DNA of 39,031 bases from a virus (taxonomy: Duplodnaviria; Caudoviricetes), in the IMG/VR virus record IMGVR_UViG_3300005805_000006, positions 1-39,031 of that record; one strand, 5' to 3'. Numbering within the stretch: the first letter of the stretch is position 1; each line of letters starts with the position of its first letter. The position numbers and the translations under genes were made by a program. Positions 1-7,740 of the stretch are shown here, one piece after another. Under the pieces are notes generated by a model, which made no database searches, was not told the origin of the DNA, and was given only the letters and a program-made list of their open reading frames with translations.

Positions 1-99
1 AAACCGACTTCTGGTTACCCGCAGTCGGAAAACCGCACTCCTTTAGAAGTACTATCTAAGAAGAACTTAGATACAAACCTGTTTGAGGAATTTTGGAAG
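1..99. repeat. 99-bp terminal direct repeat (copy 1), most likely an assembly circularisation overlap
   Basis: Identical to 38933-39031. The reading frame of the replication gene runs uninterrupted across the junction. Confidence 0.95.
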
Positions 100-462
100 G
101 TTTACCCAAGAAAGGTTGGTAAGCAAGCCGCAGAAAGAGCGTATGCAAAAGCAATCAAAACAACAGAGGAAAATGTAATCATTGCAGGGGCTTTGCGATA
201 TGCAGATGACCCTAACCGTGTAGATGCTTTTACTGCTCACCCAACCACATGGCTAAATGCTGGTCGTTGGAATGATGAGCCATTGCCTGAACGCATCAAG
301 ACCGCAGATGAAAAAGAAGCAGAGCAAAAAAGATTGATTGAGGAAAGGCGCCGCCGCGATATAGAGGAAACATTACGGTGGCAAAAAGAACGAGAAGAAC
401 AGAAACGAAAAGCAGTTCCTATGCCTGAGAACATAAAGGTGCTACTGCGTGGGCAAATTTAG
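1..462 (+). CDS. Replication initiator, C-terminal part
   Basis: In frame with 38618. Contains FEEFWKVYPRKVGKQAA...HPTTWLNAGRWNDE, the conserved C-terminal motif of phage replisome organisers. Confidence 0.85.
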   Translation, partial: KPTSGYPQSENRTPLEVLSKKNLDTNLFEEFWKVYPRKVGKQAAERAYAKAIKTTEENVIIAGALRYADDPNRVDAFTAHPTTWLNAGRWNDEPLPERIKTADEKEAEQKRLIEERRRRDIEETLRWQKEREEQKRKAVPMPENIKVLLRGQI

Positions 463-826
463 CGATTGGGATATTGACCTTGCAGAGGGTCAATACTCAG
501 AAGAACTTGTGCGCCGCTTGTTCAATGGTAAAAACAAGATTGAGGTGAAACGCGACCTGCGTTGGCGCGAAACAGGCAACCTCTACATAGAAACAGAACA
601 GTTCTCAACCTACTATGACAAATGGATACCAAGCGGGGTGTCTATCAGTAAAGCGGACTTTTGGGCGTTCCAACTAGATACTTTAATTTTGTTTGTTGCC
701 TTGGATAAATTACGGCAAGCAATCCTGGAAGAAAACAGACCCATACAGATGAAGCGACAACCGCCCACAAAAGGTTACTTGGTTAAAGTTTCTACCGTAA
801 TTAAAAAGTGTTACACTAATTCGTAA
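449..826 (+). CDS. Putative PD-(D/E)XK-fold nuclease-like protein
   Basis: IEVKRD...TGNLYIE...SG...SKADFWAF pattern, common in aquatic phages. Confidence 0.5.
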   Translation: MGKFSDWDIDLAEGQYSEELVRRLFNGKNKIEVKRDLRWRETGNLYIETEQFSTYYDKWIPSGVSISKADFWAFQLDTLILFVALDKLRQAILEENRPIQMKRQPPTKGYLVKVSTVIKKCYTNS

Positions 827-850
827 TCATTACTCCTGAAAGGGGAGGAC

Positions 851-1042
851 ATGGCAACGCTAGTAAAAGTAACAGCAAACAAAATGCAATGCGGAGATAA
901 CATTTTGTTAAATAACAAAGTGTTACAAGTTATTGCAATAGATGGTCCTGACCGTCACGGTACTTATGATGTTCATGCAAAAGATGAAAACCATAAAGAC
1001 CACTTTGTAATTGTGCAAGACTTAGTTACAATTATTATGTGA
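851..1042 (+). CDS. Hypothetical protein (small, beta-rich)
   Basis: Strong RBS GAAAGGGGAGG; stop overlaps the next start. Confidence 0.7.
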   Translation: MATLVKVTANKMQCGDNILLNNKVLQVIAIDGPDRHGTYDVHAKDENHKDHFVIVQDLVTIIM

Positions 1043-1428
1043 TAAATTTTTTTGTTGATGGCTTACCTGTTCCACAAGGGAGCATGAAAGTTATTAACAA
1101 CAGAGTTATTCACAGTAAAGGTTCTGAACTTGCCGCATGGCGTAGCGCGATTGGTTTAATTGCAAGACAACACGGCGCTCGCCCATTAACCGACCCAATT
1201 CAAATTACAATAAAATTTTATTTACAAAAACCAAGAACCGTAAAACGCCCTATGCCCTCTGTTGCTCCTGACCTGGATAAACTGATTAGGGCGGTCCTAG
1301 ACGGGCTAACAGCCATCGCGTATGTAGATGATGGGCAGGTGGTATCAATCGTGGCTGAGAAAGCCTATGGAGCCCGAATAGGGGCAGATATACGCGTGGG
1401 CGCGTATGAATTAGAACAGATGTTCTAA
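1039..1428 (+). CDS. rusA: RusA-family Holliday junction resolvase
   Basis: G.PVPQGS N-terminus and PDLDKLIRAVLDGL...DD.QVV catalytic motif. Confidence 0.9.
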   Translation: MINFFVDGLPVPQGSMKVINNRVIHSKGSELAAWRSAIGLIARQHGARPLTDPIQITIKFYLQKPRTVKRPMPSVAPDLDKLIRAVLDGLTAIAYVDDGQVVSIVAEKAYGARIGADIRVGAYELEQMF

Positions 1429-1480
1429 TGATTTTGTGATGTAAGAAACAAAAAAACTTGCAAAATAAGTGCCACAAATG

Positions 1481-1552
1481 TTGCAAATTACTGCCTTATA
1501 GCCAATAATTCTGTTATCGGTTCATACGAACCTTAAAGATATGGAGGCAGTT
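1481..1552 (+). promoter_or_regulatory. Putative early promoter and leader
   Basis: TTGCAA-17nt-AATAAT, then hairpin GGTTC-ATAC-GAACC (1519-1532), then ATGGAGGCAG RBS (1541). Confidence 0.5.
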
Positions 1553-1810
1553 ATGAAGGCAAGAAGCGTACAAGGCGACCAACGCAAAATGGTTAGCGAC
1601 CACAGTTTAATAAATGCAACTTACAGCGGCACACTAAAAAATTACACAGGTCGCGTTTACACCGCTATTTATGCAAACAATCAAGTAGTTGATTTTGCAG
1701 TTAATAATGCAGAACACGCAAAAGTTTACGCGTTGGAATATGGTGTTCGTTTTCTTAATTCTAAATTGGTTTCAGTCCGTTGGAATCGTGAGTGGAAGGC
1801 AGGTGCATAA
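1553..1810 (+). CDS. Hypothetical early protein
   Basis: ATG 1553 follows the GGAGGC RBS; the track's start at 1541 lies within that RBS. Confidence 0.7.
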   Translation: MKARSVQGDQRKMVSDHSLINATYSGTLKNYTGRVYTAIYANNQVVDFAVNNAEHAKVYALEYGVRFLNSKLVSVRWNREWKAGA

Positions 1811-1812
1811 GC

Positions 1813-2070
1813 GTGGCAACACAACAAGATTGCGGTTTGTTTAACCACACACAACGCACACACAGTTTCAAAGTAACCAAGCAAGAGGCTGGTATCTATA
1901 TCACTTGCTGTGGCGATACAGTCCAGTACTACACATCAACAGAGTTTGGATTGCCTGACTCATTTGGTTGGTACATCACAGAAGCCAACGGCAGTTTTAA
2001 CGGTGACCGTTTTCAGACCCTTTCAGAGGTCAAAAAATTCCTCACCCGCTATCACAAGACAGATAACTAA
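1813..2070 (+). CDS. Hypothetical early protein
   Basis: GTG start just after the previous stop, with AGGTG upstream. Confidence 0.6.
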   Translation: MATQQDCGLFNHTQRTHSFKVTKQEAGIYITCCGDTVQYYTSTEFGLPDSFGWYITEANGSFNGDRFQTLSEVKKFLTRYHKTDN

Positions 2071-2101
2071 GACACGCCCAAAACAATTTCATAAAAGGTC
2101 C

Positions 2102-2175
2102 TTGAAACTTTCCCAAAAATCCGTAATACTTATACCAACGGGTCAGACAGACCCCCTAGAACATGGAGGCAGTAA
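2102..2175 (+). promoter_or_regulatory. Putative early promoter and leader
   Basis: TTGAAA-17nt-AATACT, then hairpin GGGTC-AGACA-GACCC (2140-2154), then ATGGAGGCAG RBS (2163). Confidence 0.5.
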
Positions 2176-2370
2176 ATGAGATACACAATTAAACAAAACA
2201 ATAATCGTTATGAATTATGGATAAATGTTTTGAACAGTTATTCACAAGTATTTACTTTTGAAACACGCGAAGAAGCCGAAATAGCAAAACAAGAAGCGAT
2301 TGCGGCAGACCAAGAGCGTTTGGCAGAAGTGCCAAGTATTAGTGATTATTTCAAAATGGAGGCAAAATAA
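2176..2370 (+). CDS. Hypothetical early protein
   Basis: GGAGGC RBS; TAATG coupling to the next gene. Confidence 0.75.
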   Translation: MRYTIKQNNNRYELWINVLNSYSQVFTFETREEAEIAKQEAIAADQERLAEVPSISDYFKMEAK

Positions 2371-2705
2371 TGAACACCCTATCAACACCAACAGCAAGAG
2401 CCCTTGTTACAAAAGCAGGTCTTAGGTTTTACACCCAAGACGCAAGACACTTTTATACTAATTGTGGTTTTCAGACTGCAAGAATTTATACACGCGATGC
2501 CAACGCAAGATATGGATTCGCATACAAGGTTGTCGGTCTTAAATACTTTGGCAACCTTGACCGCGCAGAAGTAGCAATGCTCAAGATGCGTTTGTATCTT
2601 ACAGAGCAAGGCATCAAATACACACTAGATGGTGAGCGCACAATCATTTTGGTTGATGAACCAGCGTTACTCAATCGCATACAGGCAGATGGAGTGTGCG
2701 CATAA
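2370..2705 (+). CDS. Hypothetical early protein
   Basis: ATGGAGGC RBS at 2356; TAATG coupling at both ends. Confidence 0.75.
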   Translation: MNTLSTPTARALVTKAGLRFYTQDARHFYTNCGFQTARIYTRDANARYGFAYKVVGLKYFGNLDRAEVAMLKMRLYLTEQGIKYTLDGERTIILVDEPALLNRIQADGVCA

Positions 2706-2941
2706 TGAAAATCACAATCAAATCAGTAACAACAGGTCCAGACATTCTGGCGATATTCCAGAACGCTGACCACACTGTAACAATCAAAGTGTTAGCAGAC
2801 ACTTCATACGAAATAACACGCAATGGCGTAACTACCAAAACCGATATGACCAAGTGGTACTACAACGGTTACGGAGTTATCAAGCACATTGAAAACGACA
2901 TACAAGCAGGTTACTACTCAGGCGTTAGGAGAATCGCATAA
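2705..2941 (+). CDS. Hypothetical early protein
   Basis: TAATG coupling and GGAG RBS. Confidence 0.7.
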   Translation: MKITIKSVTTGPDILAIFQNADHTVTIKVLADTSYEITRNGVTTKTDMTKWYYNGYGVIKHIENDIQAGYYSGVRRIA

Positions 2942-3063
2942 TGACAACACCAATACTGAAGTGCATGATGTGTTACGGCAAAGGTTATGTGGCATACAAC
3001 GATGATGATGGTTGCGATGTAGTTCCATGTGACTGCACCATTCCAGTTGAGGTTAAACGATGA
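2941..3063 (+). CDS. 40-aa zinc-finger microprotein (CxxCxGxG...CxC)
   Basis: MTTPILKCMMCYGKGYVAYNDDDGCDVVPCDCTIPVEVKR. AGGAG RBS and coupled ends. Below the ORF track cutoff. Confidence 0.65.
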   Translation: MTTPILKCMMCYGKGYVAYNDDDGCDVVPCDCTIPVEVKR

Positions 3064-3215
3064 AGCCATGCGTTTTGTGTGGCAACTTCAATACCTTCTA
3101 CGGCATACAACATGCAAGCGGTAACGCAATCTGCATGAAATGCGTAATGGCGGTTAAAGAGGCGCATATCAAAGTTAGAGAATTTCCCTACGAAGAAGCG
3201 GAGGCAACTGTATGA
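3060..3215 (+). CDS. 51-aa zinc-finger microprotein (CxxC...ICxxC)
   Basis: MKPCVLCGNFNTFYGIQHASGNAICMKCVMAVKE...; ATGA overlaps at both ends. Confidence 0.65.
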   Translation: MKPCVLCGNFNTFYGIQHASGNAICMKCVMAVKEAHIKVREFPYEEAEATV

Positions 3216-3385
3216 AGTTCAAAATTGAACTGGAAGTTGAATACAACAACTTTGCAATTCCTGAAGGCAAATCCAAGTCCATGGTTAATGCAATGCAACG
3301 CGAACAGGCTCAATGGGCTGTTGAAGATGCTTTGAAAATTGCAGGGTTCAATCCTGTGACTACTGCTATCTACAAGGCACGATAA
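3212..3385 (+). CDS. 57-aa hypothetical protein
   Basis: MKFKIELEVEYNNFAIPEGK...; GGAGGC RBS at 3200. Confidence 0.7.
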   Translation: MKFKIELEVEYNNFAIPEGKSKSMVNAMQREQAQWAVEDALKIAGFNPVTTAIYKAR

Positions 3386-3561
3386 TGGGAGAACTGACAG
3401 ATGACCGCCCAAGATGTATTTGGTGTGGCTCCTATGGCGGATACGCAAACAGGCTTATGATTCACTTGAACAAAGACCTAGATACATTCATAGCCGAATG
3501 TGATTGGTGCTGGAGTAACGACTACTACCGAAAGAAGGCGGCAAATGGCAAAGGCAACTAA
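3385..3561 (+). CDS. 58-aa zinc-finger microprotein (CIWC...CDWC)
   Basis: TAATG coupling and two CxxC pairs. Confidence 0.6.
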   Translation: MGELTDDRPRCIWCGSYGGYANRLMIHLNKDLDTFIAECDWCWSNDYYRKKAANGKGN

Positions 3562-3712
3562 AACATGGAGGCTGACACGCAGAGGGCGTTTTGTTCTAGC
3601 CCTAGCAATCTTGTTGTTTGTTTCCTGGTTAATGAACATTACAACTCCCAGTGAGTGCAAAGTGCCAATAGGCGAGATGTCACAGTTCTGCGTAGATTTC
3701 TTATACCCATGA
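3545..3712 (+). CDS. Small single-pass membrane protein
   Basis: RLTRRGRFVLALAILLFVSWL: basic N-terminus plus TM helix, a pattern common in actinobacterial proteins. Confidence 0.7.
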   Translation: MAKATKTWRLTRRGRFVLALAILLFVSWLMNITTPSECKVPIGEMSQFCVDFLYP

Positions 3713-3963
3713 CATACGAAGGTTGGGAAAACTACGAAACCTGGAATGTGGCTTTGTGGATTAACAACGAAAAACCTTATTACGACAAAGCCCTAAAGTT
3801 TATGGAAACGCATGGTGACAGCCCAAGCGCTTACATGACCTTTATTGAGAACATGGGTTTAACCAAGACCATGACTCCTGACAATGTTTGGTTTAACGAC
3901 AAAACATTAAACATAAAAGAACTTGATGAAATGATGCAACAATTTTTAACAAAGGAGAAATAA
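3709..3963 (+). CDS. Conserved phage hypothetical protein (YxGWxNYETWNVALWI family)
   Basis: Recognisable N-terminal motif; ATGA overlap. Confidence 0.75.
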   Translation: MTYEGWENYETWNVALWINNEKPYYDKALKFMETHGDSPSAYMTFIENMGLTKTMTPDNVWFNDKTLNIKELDEMMQQFLTKEK

Positions 3964-4538
3964 TGAAGAAGGCAATGACGCTGGCGTTATTATTAACAAT
4001 AATTACACCTGCACAAGCAAATGAAATCCCTGGCACCCGTGTTGATGGACAGGGCGCAGTCTGCAAAGAAGGAGAAGGCAAAGCACTGGAGGTCAATGCA
4101 ACAACCAAAAAAGAATCTTCATATTGCTTCAAGCGTGAAGTAATTATTGTGCCCACACCAACTCCTACTCCCACCCCAACCCCTACACCAACTCCGACTG
4201 CATCACCCGTAGCATCAACTACAACAACCAATACAAATGCAGTAACAGAACCAACAACGCAACCAATGCCTGTTGTCACAGAAAGTGCAACTGCAACTGT
4301 TACACAATCAGAAACCTCAACGGTTACAACCGTTACGCCAACTCCAAGTCCTAGCGTGACACCAACGCAACCAGTGGTACCGCAAACACCTGAACGCAGT
4401 AATGTTGTTGAGGTAAATGCAACAACGAAGGTCACCGTGGTCCGTGAAGAAACTTTAGAAGAATGGCTAAGCCGCGTATTTAGCGTTTGGAATAATTGGT
4501 TCAATCAACTATTCCAATGGTTTAATTATGGGAATTAA
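3963..4538 (+). CDS. Secreted or surface Pro/Thr-rich protein
   Basis: Signal peptide ending in AQA, (PT)n tract, Thr-rich linker and Trp/Phe-rich C-terminal helix; AAGGAG RBS. Confidence 0.75.
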   Translation: MKKAMTLALLLTIITPAQANEIPGTRVDGQGAVCKEGEGKALEVNATTKKESSYCFKREVIIVPTPTPTPTPTPTPTPTASPVASTTTTNTNAVTEPTTQPMPVVTESATATVTQSETSTVTTVTPTPSPSVTPTQPVVPQTPERSNVVEVNATTKVTVVREETLEEWLSRVFSVWNNWFNQLFQWFNYGN

Positions 4539-4590
4539 AATGACAAAAACAATGACAATAAAAATGACAGAAATAACATGGAGGCAAATA

Positions 4591-4800
4591 ATGGGAACAA
4601 CTTATGTACTAATGGTGATAGCCGATGGGGTCCAGGAATGGGCAAAACATTACGATAATGCGGTAGATGCAGTAAGCGCCTATAACAAATTTATGGACCA
4701 TGGAACCTGCGTGCATGAACGGGTCGTGAGTTTGGTAGAACCTAACGGCAAATTTCACAGTAAAATTTTCCTTAACCCTGCGGGGTTGGCGATACACTAA
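4591..4800 (+). CDS. Hypothetical early protein
   Basis: ATG 4591 follows the ATGGAGGC RBS at 4578. Confidence 0.7.
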   Translation: MGTTYVLMVIADGVQEWAKHYDNAVDAVSAYNKFMDHGTCVHERVVSLVEPNGKFHSKIFLNPAGLAIH

Positions 4801-4834
4801 CGGTGTCCAAAAAATAACCTGAAAGGGGTAAGTT

Positions 4835-4927
4835 ATGGACCACAAAATATCTCGTTGTAAGTGCGGAGCATGGAAAGTGGTTGATGCTCTTTGCAAAGTA
4901 TGTGAGGCGTTAGGAGTCAGGGGCTAA
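4835..4927 (+). CDS. 30-aa Cys-rich microprotein
   Basis: MDHKISRCKCGAWKVVDALCKVCEALGVRG; GAAAGGGG RBS. Confidence 0.5.
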   Translation: MDHKISRCKCGAWKVVDALCKVCEALGVRG

Positions 4928-5013
4928 GAGTTACCCCTAACAAGCAAATCCTTTTAGTAGCCGCTGTTGCGGTTGGATTTGCCATTGCGCCATCTCACGC
5001 GCACGCACCCGTA

Positions 5014-5373
5014 ATGACCGACAAAGAAAAGCGTCAATTTATCGTAGCCTCTATGGAGCCGAAAGATTACGCAAAACATTTGGTCAGTAAACGCTTTCCC
5101 AGTGCAAAAAAGCAATGGCAGTGTTTGGCTCATCTTTGGGGCAAAGAATCGGCGTGGAACTACAAGGCAAAGTCACCCACACATGATTACGGAATTCCTC
5201 AAAGGCACATGAAGCACAACACAAAGAAACAAATTGATGAGTTCTTGAAGAACCCACATGGGCAGATTCAATGGGGATTGACCTACATAGAATCGCGTTA
5301 CAAAACCCCATGCGGAGCATTACAATCTTGGCTTTCAAGAGCGGATAAAAACGGGAGAGGTGGTTGGTACTAA
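5014..5373 (+). CDS. Lytic transglycosylase (SLT/Rpf-like lysozyme fold); the true N-terminus probably lies further upstream
   Basis: QWQCL..LW.KESAWN..A......YGIPQ...NP..QI.WGL.YI..RY..PC.A...GWY, the signature of actinobacterial transglycosylases. Confidence 0.85.
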   Translation: MTDKEKRQFIVASMEPKDYAKHLVSKRFPSAKKQWQCLAHLWGKESAWNYKAKSPTHDYGIPQRHMKHNTKKQIDEFLKNPHGQIQWGLTYIESRYKTPCGALQSWLSRADKNGRGGWY

Positions 5374-5456
5374 TGTCTATTATTTTTCCTAATCATTGGG
5401 AGCCTGTAACGCCCGATATAGACCCTGAGGAATGGGTTGAAGATGATGAGGAATAA
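5373..5456 (+). CDS. 27-aa acidic microprotein
   Basis: MSIIFPNHWEPVTPDIDPEEWVEDDEE; fills the gap exactly, with TAATG coupling. Confidence 0.45.
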   Translation: MSIIFPNHWEPVTPDIDPEEWVEDDEE

Positions 5457-5789
5457 TTGGACAAAAAAGTAGTAAAAATTGTTGAAGAAAGAGCGGGCGA
5501 TTACTGCGAAGTATGCGGTCAGCCCGCTCTACCTTCTATGGCTCTGCATCACCGTAAATTGAAAAGCAGGGGCGGCAAAGACACGCCCAGTAATTTAATT
5601 CGCATACATCACGGCTGTCATAACTTACGCACTGATAGTATTCACTTGAATCCGTCTTATGCAGAGGATAAAGGGTGGACTGTTCCAAGTTGGAGAGAGC
5701 CGCACGAATATCCATTTGTAAGACCTGACGGGTCAATAGTATTACTACTAGATGATGGCACAACAGGTGTTCTCATGGAAGGTGACTAA
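5457..5789 (+). CDS. HNH endonuclease
   Basis: CEVCG...HHRK.KSRGG....SNL...HHGCH. Confidence 0.85.
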   Translation: MDKKVVKIVEERAGDYCEVCGQPALPSMALHHRKLKSRGGKDTPSNLIRIHHGCHNLRTDSIHLNPSYAEDKGWTVPSWREPHEYPFVRPDGSIVLLLDDGTTGVLMEGD

Positions 5790-6157
5790 TGGAAATAAGA
5801 GTTAGAGGGCGGTTGGGTAACGACCCCGAATTAAAAACAGTTGGTGCAGATAATTTATCGTTAGCGTCATTCTCGTTAGCACATACACCGCGTTCTAAGA
5901 AAAACGGAGAATGGGTAGATGGCGAAACGAATTGGTATCGCGTAATTAAATTTGGTGCGAGCGCAGAAGCAATAGCCCAAACATTAAAAAAGGGCGATGA
6001 AGTAATTGTTATCGGCTCGCTGAAATTAAATACTTACACCGACAAAAACGGTGTAGAAAAATCGCAAATGGAAATCAGCGCATCAGAAATTGGTGTAGTT
6101 CCCAAGGTTACAAAAAACAAAACACAAACAAATACAGGAGGGTCGGAACCATGGTAG
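5789..6157 (+). CDS. ssb: Single-stranded DNA-binding protein
   Basis: GRLGNDPEL...FSLAHTPR...W...T.WYRV...LKKGD.VIV.G OB fold; PW C-terminus. Confidence 0.95.
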   Translation: MEIRVRGRLGNDPELKTVGADNLSLASFSLAHTPRSKKNGEWVDGETNWYRVIKFGASAEAIAQTLKKGDEVIVIGSLKLNTYTDKNGVEKSQMEISASEIGVVPKVTKNKTQTNTGGSEPW

Positions 6158-6336
6158 AAGATAATTTGGTAAGCGCCGCAGAAGCGGCAGAAATCTTGGG
6201 CATCAAGATGAATAACTTACGACAGATACAACACCGCAAGTCATTGGTGTGGGTACAGAAGGCTGGTCGTAATGTTTATTACAAGCGTGAAGATGTAATG
6301 AATTACAAAGCAAAGCGTGACGCTCGTAATGGCTGA
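6151..6336 (+). CDS. Excisionase/MerR-like HTH DNA-binding protein
   Basis: SAAEAAEILGI...LRQ...GR.VYYKREDV. Confidence 0.8.
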   Translation: MVEDNLVSAAEAAEILGIKMNNLRQIQHRKSLVWVQKAGRNVYYKREDVMNYKAKRDARNG

Positions 6337-6511
6337 TTTAGAAACAATGCAAGTAATGTTGCGCTCGCTTGAATTACAGTCGCGCCAAAAAATCATTGGC
6401 GAAATACAGGCGTTTGCAAATGACTACCACCATCACATAGACGGCTTTGATGTTGTGCGGGTGGACCAGTTATTAGACTTTCTAAAAGACATACCAAATG
6501 ATTCAAGATGA
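6329..6511 (+). CDS. Hypothetical protein
   Basis: ORF track; overlaps its neighbours in operon fashion. Confidence 0.6.
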   Translation: MADLETMQVMLRSLELQSRQKIIGEIQAFANDYHHHIDGFDVVRVDQLLDFLKDIPNDSR

Positions 6512-6650
6512 CCCTGAAGTAGGACTTGCCCTGAACCTTATGGCTGAGAAGTTACGGGAGAAGGGCAAGGAATCATTGGCTTTCAAACTAGAGAATTTAA
6601 TTGATTTGCTTATAGAGGAACTTGAGGCGGACAAAAAGAAAAAACTCTAA
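6498..6650 (+). CDS. 50-aa helical hypothetical protein
   Basis: MIQDDPEVGLALNLMAEKLREKGKESLAFKLENLIDLL...; fills the gap. Confidence 0.55.
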   Translation: MIQDDPEVGLALNLMAEKLREKGKESLAFKLENLIDLLIEELEADKKKKL

Positions 6651-6659
6651 TATCTGCTC

Positions 6660-6854
6660 ATGTCACTAGCGATAACCGATGATGTCACGATTGCTGATAT
6701 TGATGAAGCAATTAAGCACATTAACGACATGCTCAAAATTGATGAGTATGGCAATCGCATGGAATGGCGCAAAAAAGAATTATTACAAAAGAGCATTGAT
6801 GATTTATTAGATGCCCGCATATCGTTGGCATTAGGAGAGAAAATCTTTGACTGA
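6660..6854 (+). CDS. Hypothetical protein (possibly leaderless)
   Basis: ORF track; TAATAT lies 6 nt before the ATG and there is no SD. Confidence 0.7.
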   Translation: MSLAITDDVTIADIDEAIKHINDMLKIDEYGNRMEWRKKELLQKSIDDLLDARISLALGEKIFD

Positions 6855-6994
6855 TGCGTACCTTCAGATGCTTTCTTTGTACAGGACAGCCAACCTTTAG
6901 CGTATCGGACAAAACAGACCCTTCAAAAGAATTTCAGGTACATTACATGACCTATCATTACAAGGAGCCTAAAGATGCCACGCAAGAGCGCTAA
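6854..6994 (+). CDS. 46-aa C2H2-like zinc-finger microprotein
   Basis: MRTFRCFLCTGQPTF...FQVHYMTYHYKE; TGATG coupling. Confidence 0.55.
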   Translation: MRTFRCFLCTGQPTFSVSDKTDPSKEFQVHYMTYHYKEPKDATQER

Positions 6995-7157
6995 GCAAAT
7001 AGTCACGGAAGTCGTTACTAAGGTCAATCAAGAATTACCAAAGAAGAAAGCCGCGCCAAAAAAAGAAGAACCTAAAATTACTGTTGAGCATTACTACCGT
7101 TGCATGACAATCATTGCCCCAGGGAGTAACTGCAACTGCTACGCCTCTAAAGCGTAA
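6975..7157 (+). CDS. Basic hypothetical protein with a Cys-rich C-terminus
   Basis: AAGGAG RBS; H...C...CNC. Confidence 0.65.
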   Translation: MPRKSAKQIVTEVVTKVNQELPKKKAAPKKEEPKITVEHYYRCMTIIAPGSNCNCYASKA

Positions 7158-7221
7158 TTCATTTAGCACTAAATTTAGTCTTAATTTGTGCAAATATAAT
7201 TTATGAGATAATTTGTACAAC

Positions 7222-7740
7222 ATGTTGGAAAAAGATGGCTTAGCACAACTAAAGCGTGAGAACCGTGCGCTTGAACTACGCCATCAGCATGGAATGACAT
7301 TTGCCAGCATTGCGCAAGAACTTGGATACGAAACGATTGCAGGAGCGCAGAAGGCATATCGCAGAGCCCTCAAGCGTGTAGAAGTATTAAACGCAGAGGA
7401 TTACTTACAGGCTGATTTAGACCGCTTAGATGAGATGACATCTGTTTATTGGCAATCAGCGTTGCAAGGTAATGTGCGCAGTGCAGACATGGTGTTACGC
7501 ATTATGCAAAAGAGAGCAGATTTTCTAGGACTAGATGCGCCTAAGAAGGTGCAAGCGGAGGTGGTGAACTATGACGGACATGGAAGCCTTGATGCAGAAG
7601 TTATCCAAATCGCCCGAATTATTGACTACATTGAAGGCATTACCGCCGACATTACAACCCTCCCTGAACTCCAAGATACGAGCAAGCCGAATAATTTGGC
7701 AAAGACTCGCAAGAAAAGAACAATTACCGCCCAACAGTGA
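7222..7740 (+). CDS. terS: Terminase small subunit (putative)
   Basis: HTH (RALELR..GMTF..IAQELGY) and RADFLGLDAP motif; lies directly before TerL. Start could be TTG 7213. Confidence 0.75.
   Translation: MLEKDGLAQLKRENRALELRHQHGMTFASIAQELGYETIAGAQKAYRRALKRVEVLNAEDYLQADLDRLDEMTSVYWQSALQGNVRSADMVLRIMQKRADFLGLDAPKKVQAEVVNYDGHGSLDAEVIQIARIIDYIEGITADITTLPELQDTSKPNNLAKTRKKRTITAQQ

Noticed and set aside
1-99. Biological terminal repeat
   Set aside because: It is exactly 99 bp, a common assembler k-mer length, and falls mid-gene, so it is most likely a circularisation overlap.
835-845. CCTGAAAGGGG repeated at 835 and 4818 before start codons
   Set aside because: It is largely explained by the GAAAGG-type RBS. 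There are only two copies, and I found no complementary loop.
3893-4504. Long minus-strand ORFs (also 12695-13207, 24586-25146, 26098-26610, 27893-28333)
   Set aside because: These are antisense shadows of biased + strand genes, with no RBS or recognisable motifs.
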